From the NCBI GenBank assembly GCA_965649295.1, contig CBFGKH010000006.1, forward strand, positions 64,001 to 128,000: a stretch of DNA of 64,000 nucleotides, given 5' to 3'. The DNA is from a candidate division WOR-3 bacterium (GTDB taxonomy: Bacteria; Hydrothermota; Tepidihabitantia; Tepidihabitantales; Tepidihabitantaceae). How positions within the stretch are numbered: position 1 is the stretch's first letter; the number at the start of each line of letters is the position of its first letter. Below are positions 59,472-64,000 of this stretch, one piece after another. Position numbers and translations under genes: made by a program. The notes beneath the pieces are model-generated. The model worked only from the letters and a program-made list of their open reading frames with translations, was not told where the DNA came from and ran no database searches.

Positions 59472-61408
59472 TTCAGCCCCGTAACCGCTCGTTCTGTCGG
59501 AGACGGCGCCGACTGGCAACGCCGACCAACCGCAATCCAGTCGAATGTCACTTCCGCCCCCTCGTCCGACTCGACCCGGAATCCGGCCACACTCTTGGCC
59601 GCCACCCAGACTCCTTTGCAGCGCGATGTCGGTGTGACCGTCACCTGCAGCCCTTCACCTTCCAGCGCCTGACTGAACCCAATCGGGAACTCCACTTCGG
59701 CCCTGCCATCAGCCAGTCGGGCCGAACCCGAGGCCACGACCTGTTGCTCTTGTCCAATCAGCCCATAGCCGGTCACGCCATCTGCCAGCCAGGTCTGCCA
59801 ACCACCGGTGGCGTAGCCGTGTCCCTGCACATAGAAGCCGCGAATGCCAGCACCAGTACCGGTGTTGTTATAGGCGGTCAGGGCGTAGTTGTCGTTGTTG
59901 TTGTTCCGAAAGTGGCCGCCCGCACCGTTGTTGCTGTTGGCATAGACACCGTAGCTACCGGCATTGGAGACAAGCACGCCCATCGCATTGGCGTTCGGCG
60001 TGTACAAGGCGTAGTTGGCATTCGTCACCTGCACGCCGTCGTCTCCCGCACTTGCTATCTGGATGCCGTCAATGCTTGCCGTGCCGACGACCACCCCGAA
60101 CTGCGCTGAATTGATGCGGAAACCCTGATTGGCGGTATCAACCTGCACGCCGGTCGAGTCCGCCTTCAGCACACGCACGCCATCCTTGCGCGCCCGCTGC
60201 ACATAGGCGCCGTGAGCATTGGCCCGCGCCACGTGCAGCCCGTGCGCGCCAGCCCGGTCAATCGCGAACCCGGACCAGCCGCAGGAATCGGCGTGAAACC
60301 CGTGATGCCCGCTGAACCCGGCATCGAAGCCGTTCATAGTGACAGCGGTGTCAACCTGCACGCCGGTCGTCTGCGCTCGCACGACCTCGATGCCATCGGC
60401 ACCGGCGCGGCCGACATACACACCTTCCCAGCCAGTGTTCCCTATCCAAATGCCCAACGACTGGGCCGAGTCAATCCGCAAGCCGTTGCCTTGTGACGCC
60501 AGAACCTGGACGCCGTTCTGCGTTGCCCGCTCTACAAACAGCCCGGCCTGGGCACTGTCCACGCGCACGCCGAACAGACCGGCTCGATCCACGGTCAGGC
60601 CGTTGTAGCTTGAGCGCCAGACCCGCATCCCGTAGTCACCGGCACGAATCACCGCGATTCCGCCGCCCGCGCCGCTGTTGTTCGCCAGCAGCACCGCGCC
60701 GGTTCCGGCCACCGCCGCATCAAGCGTGCAGGGCTTGACAATATCACTGCCGCGCACCGGCCCGGCACCGATCCCGATGCTGTCATTACGCGGCTGCCAC
60801 GCCGAGCCGGTCCACTTCATCACCTGCCCGGTCGCAGCGCCCATCTGCCCAAGGTCACTAGCCGCAATCGTGCCGTCGCTAATCATCGCCGATGTCACCG
60901 CGCCGGCCTGCCCTTCGTTGACATACCGGCTGTCAAGCGCAATCGTGTCCTTGCCCTGGAGCAGGTCGGCATTCGCTGCCCGCTCACTCAAGTAGGCATA
61001 GGCCGCGCTCGCTATCCGCAGCCTCGGAGCCAGCTCGGCGCCGTTCACCGCCATCCCAAGATAGACCGCACCTGCGTCCGGCACCGTGCCGATTGGTGTC
61101 ACCGACCCAAGCAGCACCGAGAATAGCCCGGCTCGGGTGCGCACGGACTGGGTCTCCTCCCAGAACTGGGTACCGCCGCTTGGCTGGCTGTACAGCCGGA
61201 AGCGAACCGAGTAGAGCGTATCTGCCACCGGCACCCCCAAGGTGTCGGTCAGCCTGCCTTGATACGATAGCAATCGGGGAATGGTAATATTGTCGGTCGC
61301 GAAAGTTACCGCGCCTGCCTGGCGAGACAACCCCGGCTGCTCCAAATGAGCACTAGCCAGCGCCAGCACCCAAAGCGACAGCAGTATCAGCACGTTCCGT
61401 ACGACCAT
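59468..61408 (-). CDS. Fibre-like protein B (YQG base domain, ~25 decapeptide beta-solenoid repeats, tail-fibre-like C-terminus)
   Basis: GGAGG RBS; repeats such as GVRVDSAQA, GVQVDTA, GIQIASAGDD; GSARLADGRAEV..QVTVTP..GFRV..FDWIAVG. Confidence 0.72.
   Translation of the reverse strand: MVVRNVLILLSLWVLALASAHLEQPGLSRQAGAVTFATDNITIPRLLSYQGRLTDTLGVPVADTLYSVRFRLYSQPSGGTQFWEETQSVRTRAGLFSVLLGSVTPIGTVPDAGAVYLGMAVNGAELAPRLRIASAAYAYLSERAANADLLQGKDTIALDSRYVNEGQAGAVTSAMISDGTIAASDLGQMGAATGQVMKWTGSAWQPRNDSIGIGAGPVRGSDIVKPCTLDAAVAGTGAVLLANNSGAGGGIAVIRAGDYGMRVWRSSYNGLTVDRAGLFGVRVDSAQAGLFVERATQNGVQVLASQGNGLRIDSAQSLGIWIGNTGWEGVYVGRAGADGIEVVRAQTTGVQVDTAVTMNGFDAGFSGHHGFHADSCGWSGFAIDRAGAHGLHVARANAHGAYVQRARKDGVRVLKADSTGVQVDTANQGFRINSAQFGVVVGTASIDGIQIASAGDDGVQVTNANYALYTPNANAMGVLVSNAGSYGVYANSNNGAGGHFRNNNNDNYALTAYNNTGTGAGIRGFYVQGHGYATGGWQTWLADGVTGYGLIGQEQQVVASGSARLADGRAEVEFPIGFSQALEGEGLQVTVTPTSRCKGVWVAAKSVAGFRVESDEGAEVTFDWIAVGRRCQSAPSPTERAVTGLK
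60797..61288 (-). repeat. ~492-bp duplicated segment, copy in fibre B
   Basis: Paralogous to 57306-57800, one codon shorter. Confidence 0.9.
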
Positions 61409-61601
61409 GGCGGTTCCTCCCTTGGTCGAACTAGCTCCTGCCTTCCGACACGTCCATGCTGCGGACCGGCCACGGCCCAGACCCGGCCCGAGTGACAAGC
61501 CAATCTAAACCAATGACGAGAAAGGTCAAGTAGGAACAGGATTGCCCGGAGCCTGCTCTTTCCGTATAATAATTAGCTGGCTAGGTTGGATAGGAGTGGA
61601 T

Positions 61602-61856
61602 ATGTCAAACAACCTCTCAGACCGCTTTGCCTTTGATGCCGAACGGCTGCGCCGCATCCGCGCCATCGAGGAACAGACCGAGCCCGGCTACCGCCCCAAT
61701 CGCGATTTCTATTCTTACCTGCGCTTGTTCCTCGTGCTCGTCCTGATTGGGATTGCGGTCGGCTACCTCTACGTCCACCGCGAAAGCGTCATCGAATGGG
61801 TCCGCCAACCAGTGGCAAAGCCACCGGTTGACACCCTGCCGGCCGACGATTTCTAA
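61602..61856 (+). CDS. Small single-pass membrane protein
   Basis: TTGCCC-N17-TATAAT promoter, AGGAG RBS, one TM. Confidence 0.65.
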   Translation: MSNNLSDRFAFDAERLRRIRAIEEQTEPGYRPNRDFYSYLRLFLVLVLIGIAVGYLYVHRESVIEWVRQPVAKPPVDTLPADDF

Positions 61857-61871
61857 CGGTAACGGCAGCGG

Positions 61872-62432
61872 CTAGTGCAGCCGCTCCAGATACTTGCCGG
61901 TGGCGACGTCAATCCGAATGCGGTCGCCGTTCTTGATGAACTGCGGCACTAGCACTTCAAGTCCGTTCTCGATTGTCGCCGTCTTCGGTGCGGCATTGGG
62001 ATCGCCGTGCAGGGCCGGCCCAGTTGCCGTCACCACCACATCAACTGTCCGCGGCAGAACCGCATCCAGCGGCTCACTGCCCAAAAACTCAAACTGCAGT
62101 CGGCACCCGTCAGTCACAAACCGCTCGTAGTTGCCAAGCATCTGTCTCGGGATGGCGATATCCTCAAAAGTCTCGGGATGGAGAAAATGAAACGTATCGG
62201 CATCACGATAAGAGTAGTCCAGCCAGACCGTCTCCACCGCAATGTCCTCAACCTTGGCCTCCGGATGAAGGCGTTGTTCGGTCTGGGTGTGGGTGCGAAG
62301 ATTGCGCAGCCGGACATGAACCGAACTCGGCAGCTTGGCCGTCCCGACCTTGAGCTCGGCGTGCAGCACCTTATACAGCTCGCCATCAATTCGGACACAC
62401 ATCCCATCGCGCAGGTCTGCTGCCTTAATCAT
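61872..62432 (-). CDS. efp: Elongation factor P family protein with divergent tip loop
   Basis: MIKAADLRDGM, FHFLHPETFE, KTATIENGLEVLVPQFIKNGDRIRID..YLER; loop VGTAKLP instead of KPGKG. Confidence 0.85.
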   Translation of the reverse strand: MIKAADLRDGMCVRIDGELYKVLHAELKVGTAKLPSSVHVRLRNLRTHTQTEQRLHPEAKVEDIAVETVWLDYSYRDADTFHFLHPETFEDIAIPRQMLGNYERFVTDGCRLQFEFLGSEPLDAVLPRTVDVVVTATGPALHGDPNAAPKTATIENGLEVLVPQFIKNGDRIRIDVATGKYLERLH

Positions 62433-63065
62433 ACACGCTCCTAGTTACCTGACCCAGCCTAGCCGACGCCAGACACGCTGTCAAAGAGAACTGCCGCCAA
62501 CTCCGTACGATATCGGTCAATTCTCAGCCCCGCCAACGACCGTGGCTAAGCTCCAACCGTCGCCATAGCTGTGTGCTCAGAAGACCATGGCCTGTTCTCG
62601 ATGTTTCTGGCTGGAAACTTCTGCAAGACAATCGGTTAGGTAGAGCCACCAGTCCTCGAGACCCCCTCCCCGTGGACTGTCCCGGGAGTGGTCCCCAAAG
62701 CTACCCGCAACCCCGCTGGCCGCAGCACTCTCGTAGCCCTTCTCCACTGTCCTTGCCCGCGAGCCTCCAAACCGGCCTGCGCAGGCCCTTTCTATTGGGT
62801 GAGCCATAGTCCTTCGGGCAGCCCCTGCAACAGTGCCTCTGGACAAGCCTCGCCTTCCCCTCGCATCGGCCTTCTCGCCGCTCTCTGGCCACCTCCTAGG
62901 ACTTACCCTTAGTAAGCGCTCCGAGCAGCCCCTCGTTGCCCACTCACCAGACCGCCTCCTTGCGGTCCCAACCTTGGTTTGCCGAGAGCCGTTGTTCTCG
63001 GCTCACCTGGTTACTGGCCCTCTGGTTTTTGACTTCGCGGCCCGACCCTCCTATCATTGCCAGTT

Positions 63066-64000
63066 ATGCGTCTGCTCGTTGTCAACTGGCGCTGCATCAA
63101 AAACCCGCTGGCCGGTGGTGCTGAAATCTACTTTCAGGAGATCTTTTCGCGCTTGGTCCGGCGCGGTTACGAAGTGACACTGTTGGCTGAGCGCTTTGCC
63201 GGTTCGATGCCCGAAGAGACAATTGACGGGATTCGGATCATCCGCCGGGGTGGCAAGAACACTTTCAACTTCACGGTCTATCGCCACATTGACCGGCTGG
63301 CCAAATCGCTCGAAGCCGACCTCGTGATTGACGACCTGAACAAGATTCCCTTCTATTCGCCGTGGTTTACCCGGCGGCCGGTGCTGGCGATTCTGATGCA
63401 TCTCTTCCGCGGCGCAATCTTCCACGAGACCCTACCGCCGCTTGCCGCCTATGTCTGGCTGGCAGAGAGCATCATTCCTTTGGCATATCGGAACTGCCGG
63501 TTCGCCGTGCTCTCCGAAAGCTCAAAGGCCGACACCGTCCGGCTCGGCATCCGGCCCGAGCGCATCACCGTAATTCCGCCCGGCACCGACTTCGACCGCT
63601 TCCGGCCGCCCACTAGCGCACCGGACCGCCTGACCACTGCTGTGCCGGTCGTCCTCCACGTCGGCCGCCTGAAGAAATACAAGGCCACCGACCACCTGCT
63701 TCAGGCCTCACGCCGGCTGCTCGACAAAGGGGTGAAGCATCGCGTGGTCATAGTCGGCACCGGCGATGACCTGCCGCGGCTGCGCAAGATTGCCGCCGGT
63801 CTCGGTCTGGACCCCACGGTCGAGTTCACCGGCTTTGTCTCAGAAGAAGAGAAAATAGCCTGGTACCGCCGTGCTGCGGTGCTATCTGAGAACTCGGTGA
63901 AAGAAGGTTGGGGACTGATTGTGATGGAGGCGAATGGCTGCGGCCTGCCAGTCGTGGTTGCCGACTCGCCCGGCCTGCGCGACTCCTCCCGCGACGGCAT
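63066..64000 (+). CDS. Glycosyltransferase family 4 (partial, runs off right edge)
   Basis: Not in ORF track. MRLLVVNWRCIKNPLAGGAEIY, HVGRLKKYK, KEGWGLIVMEANGCGLPVV. Confidence 0.92.
   Translation, partial: MRLLVVNWRCIKNPLAGGAEIYFQEIFSRLVRRGYEVTLLAERFAGSMPEETIDGIRIIRRGGKNTFNFTVYRHIDRLAKSLEADLVIDDLNKIPFYSPWFTRRPVLAILMHLFRGAIFHETLPPLAAYVWLAESIIPLAYRNCRFAVLSESSKADTVRLGIRPERITVIPPGTDFDRFRPPTSAPDRLTTAVPVVLHVGRLKKYKATDHLLQASRRLLDKGVKHRVVIVGTGDDLPRLRKIAAGLGLDPTVEFTGFVSEEEKIAWYRRAAVLSENSVKEGWGLIVMEANGCGLPVVVADSPGLRDSSRDG

Noticed and set aside
55932..61408. Prophage tail module
   Set aside because: The fibre-like genes have Sec signal peptides and there are no capsid, terminase, baseplate or integrase genes.
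62577..62846. 89-aa minus-strand ORF in the efp-GT4 gap
   Set aside because: No RBS or recognisable motif, and the equivalent stretch in the other element copies hits stops.

Overview
A 64 kb, GC-rich, gene-dense chromosomal window from a diderm bacterium. Many signal-peptide proteins with CARDB-like domains and C-terminal FlgD-Ig/T9SS-type-A-like sorting domains, plus a V/A-type ATPase, suggest an FCB-affiliated lineage such as candidate division WOR-3 (inference only). Ordinary content: an ECF sigma/anti-sigma operon, a ThiI/MnmA-like tRNA sulfurtransferase, a Lol-like ABC export operon, a metal-binding lipoprotein, an MrfA/MrfB-like helicase-exonuclease pair, five tRNAs (Glu, Gly, Cys, Leu, Lys), SurA/PpiD, V-ATPase C-F-A-B, HAD and HD hydrolases and a GT4 glycosyltransferase. 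No transposase, integrase, reverse transcriptase or CRISPR array was seen. Main observations: (1) the split ORFs at 6618-8030 are best read as one exported selenoprotein (TlpA-like UxxC, in-frame UGA plus SECIS-like hairpin) fused to CARDB-like domains and a sorting domain; (2) two distant paralogous lipoproteins carry Cys-Gln thioester-domain motifs and share a homologous, apparently structured ~200-nt 5' leader; (3) a five-gene cluster encodes two fibre-like proteins with a near-identical base but different beta-solenoid shafts, interleaved with sorting-domain partners; (4) an unannotated 20-aa Lys-rich micro-ORF has its own promoter, RBS and terminator; (5) an orphan structured RNA candidate lies at 30.7-30.9 kb; (6) many genes look leaderless; (7) an EF-P lacks the PGKG loop and a nine-PAS protein has no output domain. 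All family calls come from reading motifs by eye; no searches were run.
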